From assembly GCF_963921235.1 (NCBI RefSeq), contig NC_086097.1, forward strand, positions 207,392,001-207,456,000: a stretch of 64,000 nucleotides of DNA. The letters are read 5' to 3'. The notes beneath the pieces were generated by a model that saw only the letters and a list, made by a program, of their open reading frames with translations, was not told the DNA's origin and searched no databases. Below, piece by piece: positions 13,394 through 26,852 of the stretch. Source of the DNA: Mobula hypostoma. Lineage: Eukaryota. The position numbers and the translations under genes were made by a program. Every line of letters begins with the position of its first letter. The stretch's first letter is position 1.

Positions 13394-13630
13394 AGCAACA
13401 CACATCAAAGTTGCTGGTGAACGCAGCAGGCCAGGCAGCATCTATAGGAAGAAGCGCAGTCGACGTTTCAGGCCGAGACCCCTCGTCAGGACTGACGAAG
13501 GGTCTCGGCCTGAAACGTCGACTGCGCTTCTTCCTATAGATGCTGCCTGGCCTGCTGCGTTCACCAGCAACTTTGATGTGTGTTGCTTGAATTTCCAGCA
13601 TCTGCAGAATTCCTGTTGTTTGCGTTTAAA
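13394..13630 (-). mobile_element. Miniature palindromic Penelope-like element
   Basis: 97-bp inverted arms 13393-13489 and 13492-13588 plus a 42-bp one-sided tail. Perfect 14-bp TSD accacttatttata at 13380-13393 and 13631-13644. Confidence 0.92.
13458..13493 (-). ncRNA. Minimal type I hammerhead ribozyme motif
   Basis: AGTC-CTGACGA-GGGGTCTCGGCCT-GAAA-C-GTC|GACT: CUGANGA and GAAA cores, stem I AGTC/GACT, palindromic ACGT stem III. Confidence 0.75.
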
Positions 13631-14369
13631 ACCACTTATTTATAGTTTGATTGTCAAAAATAGATTTTAATTTACTAATTCACCTATACAATTGCCAACC
13701 TACTAACATTACTCTTTATAGTGGTTAAAACTTTTAAAGGAATTTTTGAAGAATTTCTAAAAGAAAACTTCATGAAAAATCTTTGTGAGTTATGTGATCT
13801 GATATTGATGAGAGTCAGATCATGCCAAGGGCCAGCTAGCAGATATATACAGAGATCTATTAGCTAGCTGAGCCCTGAACAACTTGTTTCAGGTCCTACG
13901 CATGAACACTGCAGTAAATATGTGCTAAAAGCCAAATGTGGGGAGATCTCTGGTCCTGGTGTCACCATCAAATCCAAGGACGTTCAACAAATGGTGAGAC
14001 GCTAAGGAACAAAGTTATCAATGGTGAAAAATGCAGTTATAAGTGCAGCGAGCATGGTTGACTTGCTACTCAGTGAGGAAAGTATCTCTATCTACACAGT
14101 GTCCTACATCAAGGAGCCAATACAAGAAATTAAGGCAGTCATGAATTCAAGTCATTCAATCCAGATTTATTTATCACATGTACATTGAAACTCAGTGAAA
14201 TGCATTATTTGGATTAACAACCAAGGATATACTGGGGAGCAGCACGCAGGTGTCGTTACACATTCTCCACAGAATGTCCACAATGTTCAGTGGAAAACAA
14301 GCAACAGCAACAATCAAAAACAAAAACAGCAAACAATCAAACCCTTTCCCACCCTCCCACACACATAGA

Positions 14370-14980
14370 CAGGCCTCAGAACCTGTTGAGGTAACCTACT
14401 GTGTCCGGCACTCCCAATGCAACCACCTCTACATTGATGAGACCCGAGTAAATTGATGGACTGCTTTGTTGAATACCTCTGCTTCATCTGCCAAAAGTGG
14501 AATTTCCCAGGGCCCAAACATTTTAATTGCAATCCCCTTTCCCGTTCTGACAAGTCAATCTATGACCTCCTCCTTTGCCACTCAGGATGGAGGAGCAATA
14601 CCTCATATCCCATCTTGGTAGCCTCCAATCTGATGGCATAAACATCGATTTCTCTTTCTGATAATCTTTTTTTCTTCTCTCTTCCCTCTTCTAGTCCCCT
14701 CTCTGGCCTCTTACCTCTTGTCCTCACCTGCCCATCACCTCCCCTGGTTCTTCCCCTTCCCCAATGGTCCACTCTGCTCTCCTATCAAGATTCTTTTTCC
14801 GACCACCAAGCTCCACCTATCACCTTCTGGCTAATCCTCCTCCCCCACCCCCTCCACATTTTCATTCTGGCATCCTCCCACTTCCTTTCCAGTCCTGAAG
14901 GGGGATCTCTGTCTGATACGCTGACTCGGTATTTTGTGTGTTGCTCTAGATTTCCAGCATCTGCAGAATCTCTTGTTTAT
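14370..14980 (+). mobile_element. Old Penelope-like element (GIY-YIG remnant plus pLTR)
   Basis: VTYCVRHSQCNHLYIDETR, a pyrimidine-rich 3' region, and an end ttccagcatctgcagaatc like the other PLE copies. Confidence 0.75.
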
Positions 14981-15189
14981 TGGTAAACTCTTCCAGTAAA
15001 TTCTATTTTCTCTACTTTCCATTACTGATGGTATTCCAATGGATCAGGAAGTTACTATTTTGGAACATCTTCCCATCAATTAGATCAAACAAATAAGGAA
15101 AATTAGAAGTACTAATTATTCTCAATCTCATACCAGTCCTTATTCTTCACTCTAAAATACTCAATATCAGTTATAAATTGTCATAATTG

Positions 15190-18060
15190 TACAGCACAAA
15201 AACAGGCTTACCAGCTCACCATGTTCATGCCACCTTTTTGCCCAATTGCACAAATCTCATTTCCCCACACTGTATACTTCTGTTCTTGCCTGAAGTGTCT
15301 GTATAAATGCCTCAAACATAGTAATTCTATCAAATTCCACCATCTCATCTGGTAGCAAATTTCAGATATCAATCACCATACAAAACAAAATTTACCCCTC
15401 AGATCCCCCTTAAAATTCCTAACTCACCCCTTAAATCTATGGCCGCTTGTTTTTGATATCTGTATAATTGGAGAAAGATTTTGACTATCTGCTTAATCTA
15501 CTGTACATCTCTGATTACTTTTATCAATTCACTTAAGCTCCTCCATTTCAATGTAATAAGCCTGGTGTATCTAATCACACCCCATAATTACTGTAAATAA
15601 GACAATATCCTTCGAATCTCCTCTGCACCCTCTTCAGGAAACTACATCATTCCTATATAGTGTGATAACCAGACTACACTCAATAACTGTAAGTTAGGCC
15701 TAATGAGCACTTGATAAAATTGCAACATAATATTAGAACTCATTCTACACACTACCTTGTGAGGGAAAGCATGTCAACCGCCCCTCTTCACCACCATATC
15801 TACCCATGTTATTGGTTGTAGGGAACTGTAGCCTTGGAACTTTCCATAGTGCCTTACCATTTACTGAACACAGGTAATTTCCAGGTTCCGTAACGGTTCC
15901 ATTCTGATAAAAGTCAATGGGCTGTTTTTCCTCAAGTCATATAATTTTACTTTACATACACTTGCTATACTTTTTTGAATAATTATTCTAAGATCAAGCA
16001 TAATTAAACATATGGAATACATACCACATCCAGTCATTAATGATTATCATTAAATAATACTAGCTTAAAAATATTTATGCATTGAAGTATTTGAATAAAG
16101 TTGTTTTTAACATAACTTTGGTTACCCATAGAGCACATATTGTGCTGAACTAATTAGATTAGTAATTACAAGCCTACTAAACTAGTCCCTTTTACACAAA
16201 TCTATATCCTTCCATCCCAGCATATTCATGTGCCTAAGAATCTCAAACACCTCTATCATATCTATATCCATTTCCACCCCTGGCAGTGCACTTCAAGCAC
16301 CCACTACTCTGTGTAAAAAGAAAATTTGCCACATGCATCTCCTTTGAACCTACCACCTCCTAGCTTTAATGTATGTTCTCTGATAAGAAACATTTCCATC
16401 CTGGGAAAAACATACCAGCCGTCTACTGTCACTCAAAACCTTATAAACCTCTCAGGACACCTCTCACCTCTGCTACTCTAGACAAAACAACCCATGTTGT
16501 TCAACCTCTCCTCATACCACACGCCATCTAATCTAGACAGCGTTCTGGTAAACCTCCCCTGCAGCCTTTCCAAAGCTTCCATAACCTTCCTATAATGGAG
16601 TGACCAGAGTTAAATGTAATACTCTAGATATGGCCTAACCAGAGTTTTATAAAGCTGCAACACAACTTCCTGACTCTTTAACTCTATGCTCCGATTATAA
16701 AGGAACGTCTTCTTACTACCCTATCAACTCGTGCAGCCACTCTCAGGAAGTTATGGACTTTGACCTCATGATCACTGTGTGTGACAATACTGGGAATGGT
16801 CCTGCTATTAACAACATACTATTCCTTTACATTTGATCTCCCTAAGTCCAACATGTCACACATGACAACCCAGGAAGCCCTTGTGTATCCTATCCTTTTT
16901 TTTGACTTTCCAAAAAGCATCAACTTCAAGATTGTTGTATGTCATTTCCAGTGCACAAATGTAAAGGACAAAATGAATGTTACTCCAGATCCAATGCCGC
17001 ACAAAAAAAAACACAATAGGACAAAGAAAACAGTAATAAAATAAATACAATAAATATCAATATGTAAGATAGCTGATATACTAGAATTGTACTGTTCCAT
17101 ATTCTATATGTGTACATACAAGATGACTGAAAAGAAATGATGAAGTATGAGGTGGGGTGGGTTACTCACTGGAGGTGTTGATCAGCCTTACTGATTAGGG
17201 GAAGAGTAACTGAGTCTGCTGGTCCTGGCGTGGTTGCTACATAGCCTCCTCCCTGATGGGTATGGGAGGCAAACAGTCCACGAGCAGGATGGTTGCGTGG
17301 ATGGGATACTTCATATTGCTGGCCTTTGTCAGGCACCTTTCTGCATACTTGTCCTTGATGACTGGCCGGCTGGTGTCAGTGGTGCATTGGGCACCACCAG
17401 GATTAAAAACCACCTGCCTAATCTGCACAAGAACCAACTGTAATCTTAAACAACCGTCCTCACTTTCCACAAGACCAATTTTTGCATCATTTATAATTTT
17501 ACTAATCGTACCTCCTATTTTTACAGGCAAGTTGTTAATATCAGAAACAAAGGACTCAGCACTAACCCCTATGGTACAACTTTCAGTCACAGAAATATTC
17601 TTCCACCACTACCCAAGACAATTTTGGATTACAAGTCAGCTCCTTTTGTACCTTGGTCTTGGCTTCCTGAACCAGCCATGCAGGACCTTGTCAAAAGCCT
17701 TACTAAAATCTATATAGTCAATATCTATTGCCATCTCTGTTACCCCTTCTAAAACCTCAAATCAGTGGAACAGAATTGTCACCCCCCTCACAAAGCCATG
17801 CTGCCTAGACCTGATTAATCCCTACTTTTCAAATGTACACGTATTCTGTCTCTTAGAATTTTCTCCGCTAATTTGCCTACCATCGACTGACCTGTTTACC
17901 GGCCAGTGGTTACTTACGTTATTTGAGAAGGGCAGCAGGATTAAGAAACAACTTTTGCTATTGTTCAGACTTCTAGAACCTCGTCCATGGCTGACAAAGA
18001 TGCAAAAATCTCCACCCTTAATTCCTATAGCATTCTGGGATAGTTCTTACTCCGCCCTAG
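15190..18060 (-). mobile_element. Mosaic of old CR1 remnants with a Rex-like piece (~16915-17400)
   Basis: Degenerate ISKIINDAKIG...CLRLQ and VIKD...HA.ILL motifs. Confidence 0.55.
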
Positions 18061-18560
18061 TGACTTAGAGTCGGAGGAATACAGCATGAAAACGGGCCCA
18101 TCAGCCCAACTAACCAGTGACAACCTTGCCAGTATCATTTGCACACATTTTATTTCAATTTCCCTAAACCCCATCTATCCACGTACATATCCAAATTTAA
18201 TCATTTTTAAACATTTTATACACTGGTTAACAACAAAGCACTTAATGTGAATAGTTGTTCATTAAAAGTTCTGAGTATTAATGCTTTGACCAACTGATGT
18301 CAGAAAGGAGTAAAGTCTCCAAACACAAAGTTCCCCTAATCTCTGTTTGCAATTTCAGCATCAAGCAACATTGGCTCAGATACCATAAACACGGGAAACA
18401 ACATTCTATATTAATAGATGATACAAACATGGACTGGCCATAACATCTGTTCAAAATGACATCAATAAACAGTGTAAACTTTGCAACATCTCAATCCTCT
18501 TAAATACTCTACATGATATGTTATCCTGTATTAACCTATATTTTTGTGATGAAGACTTAC

Positions 18561-18731
18561 CTGGGCTAATTCTTTTTGTTCATTCACCAGTCTATTACAA
18601 CTGGCTATCATTTGATCCAGGGCATACAATCGGTCCTCAAGTCCTTTAATTGCCTTCATGTTCTGATTATCAAGTTTTGCAATAGTTTCGCGACACTCTG
18701 TCAGAAATGGCTTAAGGATTTCTGGATCAAG
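18561..18731 (-). CDS. RB1CC1: RB1CC1 coding exon 6 (171 nt)
   Basis: LDPEILKPFLTECRETIAKLDNQNMKAIKGLEDRLYALDQMIASCNRLVNEQKELAQ. cag/gtaagt boundaries. Confidence 0.97.
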
Positions 18732-19139
18732 CTGAAAGGAAGGGCAAAGTTTTACTATTTTTCTTCCAATATCTATATTTTGTGGACATTCTTTTGTCCA
18801 ATTTGCTGTCCTTTTAACCCAAAATGTTTTCCTGTTATACAAATATGCGATGAAATGAGAATCAGCAGGCTATAAGAAATAAGTAACAGAAAAAAAAATA
18901 ACAATCTACTTTGGCCTCATTCAACAAATTGCTGAATATTTTGAGCTTTCAAACATCCATTAAAAATATTCTATTTCTTAAGAATAATGACAAAATTCAT
19001 CATCAGACCTCAGATATCCATATTCAAGTCCAGGGCTCCATGAAAGTGATCGCACAAGGATAGTATAGATGGCGTATGGCATGCTTGCCTTAATTAGTCA
19101 AGGCACTGAGTTGAAAAGTCAAGAAATTATGTTATTTAT

Positions 19140-19362
19140 TTTGAGGTACAGCATGGTTACAGGCTCTTCCAGCTCAATAAACCCACACCACCCAATTACA
19201 ATTAATCTACTAACTCATACGCTTCTGGAATGTGGGAGAAAACCGAAACACCTGGAAGAAGCCATGCAGTCATGGAGAAAACGTACAAACTCCTTTCAGA
19301 TAGTGACAGAATTGAGCCAGGCCACTGGTGCTGTAATAGCATTATACACTAAAATGCCACCC
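19140..19362 (-). mobile_element. V-SINE-like (HE1-like) tRNA-derived SINE, degraded
   Basis: Reverse complement reads GGAGTTTGTACGTTTTCTCCATGACTGCATGGCTTCTTCCAGGTGTTTCGGTTTTCTCCCACATTCCA, resembling the V domain. Confidence 0.7.
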
Positions 19363-20710
19363 TAAAAAATACTATTTCTTTCACTTATCCTCTCCATGAT
19401 CCACATCCATACAGTGATCAATTCTGATCATCCTATGGATGTGGGTCAAGGACAGGATACAGATGCTGTCTAAATTAGAGGGCACAGAAGTAGGACAAAC
19501 AGTAGCTGTTTTTACTGGAGCAGCAGAGGCTAAGAGGAGACCTTTTCCAAGTTTATAAAATGAAGGGGCAGACACAGTAGACAGCAGTATATTTCTACCA
19601 GGGTAGAAATGTCTAACACTAGAGGCATGCATTTAAGGAAAGAGGGGGAAAATTGTTAAACAGGGTGTGGGTGCCATTAAGCAGAGGTGGATGCAGCTAT
19701 GATAGAGGTGATAAGAGAAAGTTAGGCATGTGAAGGTTCTTTAAGCAACAGGAGCGTTCCCATGCGGGTCCAACAAAGAGCTTATAAAAACCCCCATCTC
19801 TACAAGAGAGAGGTATCGCAGAGTGGTCATCGTAGCAGCGGTTGTCATTGGAATAGTCAGAACAGTAAGGCTTCGGCTCAGCAAGGCTTCGGTGAGAACA
19901 GGCGGAGGCTCAGTAAGTTTATTCCTTACTTAATTCTAGAGAGAATAGGGGGTATGTGTGTTCTGTTCTGGATGTCAGATGTCGGATTTCCAGGAGACTC
20001 CCAGCATCCCCGATGGCTACATCGGGGCCAAGTGCATGGAGATGCAGCTCCTTAGAGACCACGTTAGGGAACTGGAGCTGCAGCTCGATGACCTTCGGCT
20101 TGTTATGGAAAGTGTAGCAGTGATAGACAGGAGCTACCGGGAAGTAGTCTCCCCAAGGCTACAGGAGACAGATAAATGAGTGACTGTCAGGAGAGGGAAG
20201 GGAGAACATCAGATGGTCAAGAGCATCCCCTGTGGCTGCCCCCCTCAATAATAAGTACTCCATTTTGAGTACTGTTGCCGGGGGAAGGCGGGCAGAGGGG
20301 TAGGGTGACCTACCTGGGGGAAGAAAAAGTGACTGTGCCTCTGGCACTGAATACGGCCCTGTGGCTCAGAGGCAGGAAACGGAAGAGGATGGCAGCAGTA
20401 TATGGGAGCTCAATAGTCAGGGGACAGAGGCAATTCTGTAGAAGCGAAAAGGAAACACAGATGGTAGATTGCCTCTGTAGTGCCAGGGTCCGAAATGTTT
20501 CTGGACACAACCACAATAAACTGAATAGGAGGGTGAGTAACCAGAAGTCCTAGTACGTATTGCTAACAATGACATAGGAAGAAAAAGGGAGGAGGTTCTG
20601 GAGAAAAGAATACAGGGAGTTAGGCAGGAAGCTGAGAAGTAGGACCTCAAAGATAGTAATTTTGGGATTGCTGCCTGTGGCACGCGACAGTGAGGATAGG
20701 AATAGAATAA

Positions 20711-23700
20711 ACAAGAAGGGGCAGTTGTCTCACAAATAGAGAAAGCTTGTAGACAGTGTGAGAGGGAGGATAGGCAGGTGATAGAGAAGGGATACGCTCA
20801 GACTGATGGTTTGAAATGTGTCTATATGCAAGGAGTGTCATGAACAAAGTGGATGAGCCTACAGTGCAGATCAGTACTGGGACCTATAATGTTGTGGCCA
20901 CTACAGAGACTTGGATGGCTCAGGGGCAGGAATGGTTAGAGTGTTAAGCTTTAGATGTTTCAGAAAGGACAGGAAGGGAGGCAAAAGAGGTACTGTTGAT
21001 CAGAGATAGTGTCACGGCGGCAGAAAATGAGGAAGTCATGGATGGATTGTCTACTGAGTCTCTGCAGGTGAAAGTTAGGAACAAGAAGGGGTCAATAACT
21101 CTGCCGGGTATTTTTTCATAGACCACCCAATGGTAACAGAGACATCAAAAAGCAGATAGCAAGACAAATTCTGGAAAGGTATAATAGTAACGGTTGTCAT
21201 GGTGGGAGATTTTAATTTCCCCAATATTGACTGGCATCTCCCTACAGTAAGGGGTTTAGATGGAGTGGAGATTGTTAGGTGTATTCAGGAAGGTTTACTG
21301 ACACAATATGTAAATAAGCCTACAAGACAAGAGGCTGTACTTAATCTGGTATTGGGAAATGAACCTGGTCAGGTATCAGGTTGCTCAGTGGTAGAGCATT
21401 TTGAAGATAGTGATTACAATTCTATCTCCTTTACCATAGCATTGGAGAGGGATAAGAACAGACAAGCTAGGAAAGCGTTTAATTGGAGTAAGGGGAAATA
21501 TGCGGCTATCAGGCAGGAACTTGGAAGCATAAATTGGGAACAGATGTTCTCAGGGAAATGTACAGAAGAAAAGTGACAAATGTTCAGGGAATATTTACTT
21601 GGTGTTCTGCTTAGGTATGTTCTAATGAGACATGGAAAGGATGGCAGGGTACAGGAACCATGGTGTACAAAGGCTGTTGAAAATCTAGTCAAGAAGAAAG
21701 GAAAAGCTTACAAAAGGTTCAAAACACTAGGTAATGATAGAGATCTAGAAGATTGTAAGACTAGCAGGAAGGAGCTTAAGGATGAAATTAGGAGAGCCAG
21801 AAGAGATCATGAGAAGGGTTTGGTGAGCAGGATTAAGGAAAACTCCAAGACATTCTACAAGTACGTGAAGAGCAAGAGGATCAGACCTGAGAGAATAGAA
21901 CCAATCCAGTGTGACAGTGGAAAAGTGTGTATGGAACCAGAGGAGATAGTGGAAGTACTTAATGAATACTTTGCTTTGGTATTCACTAGGAAAAGGACCT
22001 TGGCGATTGTAGGGTTGACTTACAGTGGACTGAAAAGCCTGAGCATGTAGACATTAAGAAAGAGGATGTGCTGGAGTTTTTGGAAAACGTCAAGTTGGAT
22101 AAGTCACCGGGACCAGATGAGATACAACCCAGGCTACTGTGGGAGGTGAGGGAAGAGATTGCTGAGCCTCTGGCAACGATTATTGCATTATCAATGGGGA
22201 CGAGAGGTTCCAGAGGATTGGAGGGTTGCAGATGTTGTTCCCTTTTTCAAGAAAAGGAGTAGAGATAGCCCAGGAAATTATAGACCAGTGAGTCTTACTT
22301 CAGTGGTTGGTAAGTTGGTGGAAAAGATCCTGAGAGGCAGGACTTATGAATATTTGGAGAGGCATAATATGACCAGGAATAGTCAGCGTGGCTTTGTCAA
22401 AGGCAAGTCGCGCCTTAATAGCCAGACTGAATTTTTTGAGGATGCGACTAAACACACTGATGAAGGTAAAGCAATATATGTAGTTTATATAGATTTCAGT
22501 CAGGCATTTGATAAGGTACCCCATGCAAGGCTTATTGAGAAAGTAAAGAGGCATGGGATCCAAGGGGACATTGCTTTGTGGATCCAGAATTGGCTTGCCT
22601 ACAGAAGGAAAACAGTGGTTGTAGATGGGTCATATTCTGCATGGAGGTTGGTGACCAGAGGTGTGCCTCAGGGACCTGTTCTGGGACCCCTTCTCTTCGT
22701 GAATTTTATAAATGACCTGGATGAGGAAGTGGAGGGATGGGTTAGTAAATCTGCTCATGACACAAAGGTTGGGGGTGTCGTGGGTAGTGTGGATGGCCAT
22801 CAGAGGTTACAGCGGGACACTGATAGGATGCAAAACTGAGCTCAGAAGTGGCAGATGGGAGTTCAACCCAGATAAGTGTGAGGTGGTTCATTTTGGTAGG
22901 TCAAATAAATAAAGGCATCCGTTAGTCTTGTGAAACCATGGATCTGCTCCTGGAAAGTCTTCACTCTCCAGGGTGCAGGCCTGGGCAAGGTTGTATGGAA
23001 GACCAGCAGTTGCCCATGCTGCAAGTCTCCCCTCTCCACGACACCGATGTTGTCCAACGGAAGGGCAAGGGCCGATACAGCTTGGCACCAGTGTTGTCGC
23101 ACAGCACTATGTGGTTAAGTACCTTGCTCAAGGACACAACACGTTGCCTCAGCTGGGGCTTGAACTCACGACCTTTAGGTCACTAGTCAAATGCCTTAAC
23201 CACTTGGCCACGTGCCCAGTAGGTCAAATACGATGGCAGAATATAATATTAATGGTAAGACTGTTGGCAGTGTGCAGGATCAGAGGGATCCTATGGTCCA
23301 AGTCCATAGGACACTCAAAGCTGCTGTGCAGGTTGACTGTGTGGTTAAGAAGGCATATGGTGCATTGGCCTTCATCAACCATGGGATTGAGTTTAGGCAC
23401 CGAGAGGTAATATTACAGCTATATCGGACCCTGGTCAGACCCCACTTGGAGTACTGTGCTCACTTCTGGTCACCTCACTACAGGAAGGATGTGGAAACTA
23501 TAGAAAGGGTGCAGAGGAGAATTACAAGGATGTTGCCTGGAATAAACAGCATGCCTTATGAGAATAAGTGAGTGAACCCGGCCTTTTTTCCTTGGAGCAA
23601 CGGATGATGAGAGGCGACTTGGTGGAGGTGTACAAGATGATGAGAGGCATTGATCATGTGGATAGTCAGAGGCCTTTTTCGCAGGGCTGAAATGGCTAAC

Positions 23701-23988
23701 ATGAGAGGGCACATTTTTAAGGTGCTTGGAAGTAGATACAGAGGAGATGTCAAGGGGAAGTTTTTGTTAAAAAAAACACATAGAATGCAGAGTGCATGGA
23801 ATAGGCTGCTGACAACGGTGGTGGAGGTAGATACAATGGAGTCTATTAAAGAGACTCTTAGATAGGTACACAGAGCTTAGAAAAATAGAGGGCTATGGAT
23901 AACCCCGAGTAATTTCTAAAATCAGTACGTTTCGCACAGCATCGTGGGCCGAAGGGCCTGTATTGTGCTGTAGGTTTTCTATGTTTCT
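20711..23988 (+). mobile_element. Inner CR1 (5'-truncated ORF2: APE and RT) nested in the outer ORF1
   Basis: VGDFNFPNIDW; NYRPVSLTSVVGK; GVPQGPVLGPLLF; tail ttctatgtttcta. Flanked by aataa duplication; removal restores the outer ORF1 peptide NRIRWQIN. Confidence 0.88.
22908..23218 (-). mobile_element. tRNA-headed CORE-like SINE
   Basis: A box TGGCCAAGTGG, B box GAGTTCAAGCC, CORE-like GTGTCCTTGAGCAAGGTACTTAACC, (TTTA)n tail. 12-bp TSD gtaggtcaaata at 22896-22907 and 23219-23230. Confidence 0.9.
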
Positions 23989-24654
23989 AATAAGGTGGCA
24001 GATAAATGTGTGGCTGAAGGACTGGAGCAAGGGGCAGGGGTTCAGACTTCTGGATAATTGGGACCTGTACAAGAGGGACAGATTGCACTTGAATCAGAGG
24101 GGGACCAATAATCTTGCAAGCAGATTTACTAGAGCCATTGGGAGTGGTCTAAACTAATATGGCAGGGGGATGGGAACCAGGTGATGGAGCTGAGGATGAG
24201 CCAGCAGGTTTACAAGTAAATGATGGGTGTAACATGAATGTAAGGAAGGACAAGCCAATGATTAGGTAAAAATGCAGACAGAGCAAAGAGTTAAGTCATA
24301 CCACAGAGGCAAAATTCAAAAGGACGAAGAATGCAAGACTGAAGCTGTTGTGTTTAAATGTGTGTAGCAGTCCCAATAAGGTGGATGAACCTGTGGTACA
24401 GTTTGAGATTGGTCTGTATGACATTGTGGGCATCACTGAGTCACGGCTGAAAGGAAGACTTCGTTGGGAGCATAACATCAAAGGATATACTTTGTACCAA
24501 AAGGACAGCCAAGGTGGCATCGGTGGTGGTGTGGCTCTGTTGGTAAGAGATGGAATTACATCTTTAGAAAGAGGTGACATAGGGTCAGAGAACGTTGAAT
24601 CTTTGTGGGTGAAGTTAAGAAACTGCAAGGGTGAAAAAAAAAACCATAATGGTA

Positions 24655-25046
24655 ATAAGAATATAATAAATAGAAGTAGGCCATCTAGCCCGTCGAGCCT
24701 GCTCCGCCATTCAATCATGGTTGATCTGGCCATGGACTCACCTCCACCTATCTGCCTTTTCCCTACATCCCTCAATTCCCCTATAATGCAAAAATAGTTT
24801 CAACCTTGTGTTCAATATATTTACTGAGATGGCCTCCACTGCTTCATTGGGCAGAAAATTCCAGAGATTCATCACTCTCTGGGAAAAGCAGTTCCTCTTC
24901 ATCTCCATCCTAAATCTACTCCCCTGAATCTTGAGGCTATGTCCCCGAGTTCTAGTCTCACCTACCAGTGGAAACAACTTTCCTGCCTCTACCTTATCTA
25001 TCCCTTTCATAACTTTGTTTCTTTCTGATCTCCTCTTATTCTTCTT
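24655..25046 (-). mobile_element. CR1 3' fragment inserted antisense in the outer CR1
   Basis: MKGIDKVEAGKLFPLVGETRTRGHSLKI; same subfamily as 56000-57240. Confidence 0.85.
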
Positions 25047-26852
25047 GTATCATATATAGGCCTCCAAAGAGTAGCCAAGTTATGGGGTTGAGATTGCAAA
25101 GCGAGCTGGAAAAGGCATGTAATAAGGGCAAGGACACAATTGTAATGGGGGACTTCAATATGCAAGGGGATTGGGAAAATCAGGTTGGTGTCGAATCGCA
25201 AGAGAGGGATTTGTTGAATGCCTTCTTGGAGCAGCTTGTGCTTGAGCCTACTCAGAGAAAAGCCATCTTAGATTGGGTGTTATGTAGTAACCCAGATCTT
25301 ATTCAGGAGCTTAACGTAAAGGAACCCTTCGGAGCCAGTGATCATATGATTGAACTCATACTGCAATTTGAAAGGAAGAAGCACAAGTCACTTGTATCAC
25401 TATCTTAATGGAATAAAGGGAATTACAGAGGCATGAGAGAAGCTTGCCCAGGTGGATTGGATGAGGATACTAGCAGGGATGACAGTTGAACAGAGGTGGC
25501 TGAAGTTTCTGGGATTAGTTCACAAGGCACAGGATAGATATGTCCCATAGAGGAAGTTGTTCTCAAATGCCCAAATTGGAACAGACAAAGGAAGTTAAGG
25601 ACTGCATAAAAGCCAAGGACAAGGCATACAAGGTAGCAAAAGTGAGTGGGAAGTTGGATGATTGGGAAGCTTTTAAAATACAACAAAAGGCAACTAAAAA
25701 AGCTACAACAGAAAAGATGAAATGCCAATAATATAAAGCAGAATACCAAAAGTGTTTTCAGTTGTATAAAGAGTAAAAGGGAGGTGAGAGTTGATATTGC
25801 ACCACTGGAAAATGATGCTGGTGATGTAATAATAGGGGACAAAAATGGCAGATGAACTTTATGGGTACTTTGCATCTGTCTTCACTGTGGAAGGCATTAA
25901 CCATATGGACTACATCCCAAAGTCCTGAAAGAGGTTGCTGAAGAGATAATGGATGCATTGGTCATGATCTTTGAAGAATCATTTAACTCTGGCATGGTCC
26001 CAGAGGACTGAAAGATTGCAAACGTCACTCCACTCTTTAAGAAAAAATGAAGGCTAAAGAAAGGAAATTATAGGCCAGTTAGTCTAACCTCAATGGTTGG
26101 GAAAGTGTTAGATTCTATTATTAAGAATGAGATTTCAAGGCACTTGGGGACTACTGATAAAATAAGTCAAAAGTCAGCATGGTTTCTGTAAAGAGAAATC
26201 TTGCCTAATATATCTGATAGAATTCTTTGAGGAAGTAATAAGCAGGGTGGGCAAAGGAAAGGCAGTGGATGTCATTTACTTGGATTTTCAAAAGGCATTT
26301 GGTAAGATGCCACACATGAGACTGCTTAACAAGAATAAATCTTATGGCGTTACAGGAAAGGTACTAGCATGGACAGCACAATGGCCGACAGGCAGAAGGC
26401 AGTGAGTGGGAATAATAGGGGTCTTTGCCAGTGACTAGTGGTGTTCCTCAGGGGTCAGTATTGGGACCACTACTTCTCACATTGGAAAACAATGACTTAA
26501 TAATGGAATTGATTGATTTGTGGCAAAGTTTGCGGAAGATACGCAGATAGGTGAAGGGGTAGGTACTGCTGAGGAAGCAATGCAATTGCAGCAGGGCTTA
26601 GACAAATTGGAAGAATGGACAGAAAAAAAATTGGCAGATGGAATACAGTGTTTGGAAATGTACGATAATGTATTATGGTAAAAGGAAAAATAGTGCAGAC
26701 TATTATCTAAATGGGGAGAAGGATCAGACATCAGAGGTGCAGAGTGCCTTAGGGGTCCACGTGCAAGACTCCCAGAAGATTAATTTACACGTTGAGTCCG
26801 TAGTAAATAAGACAAATGCAACGTTAGCATTTATTTCCAAGGGGAATAGAAT

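Noticed and set aside
13800..14130. Complex unique-looking stretch that might be an exon or ncRNA
   Set aside because: No ORF, splice-site pair or recognisable motif could be supported.
23140..23218. tRNA gene
   Set aside because: It is the tRNA-derived head of a SINE, continuous with a CORE-like body and enclosed by a TSD.
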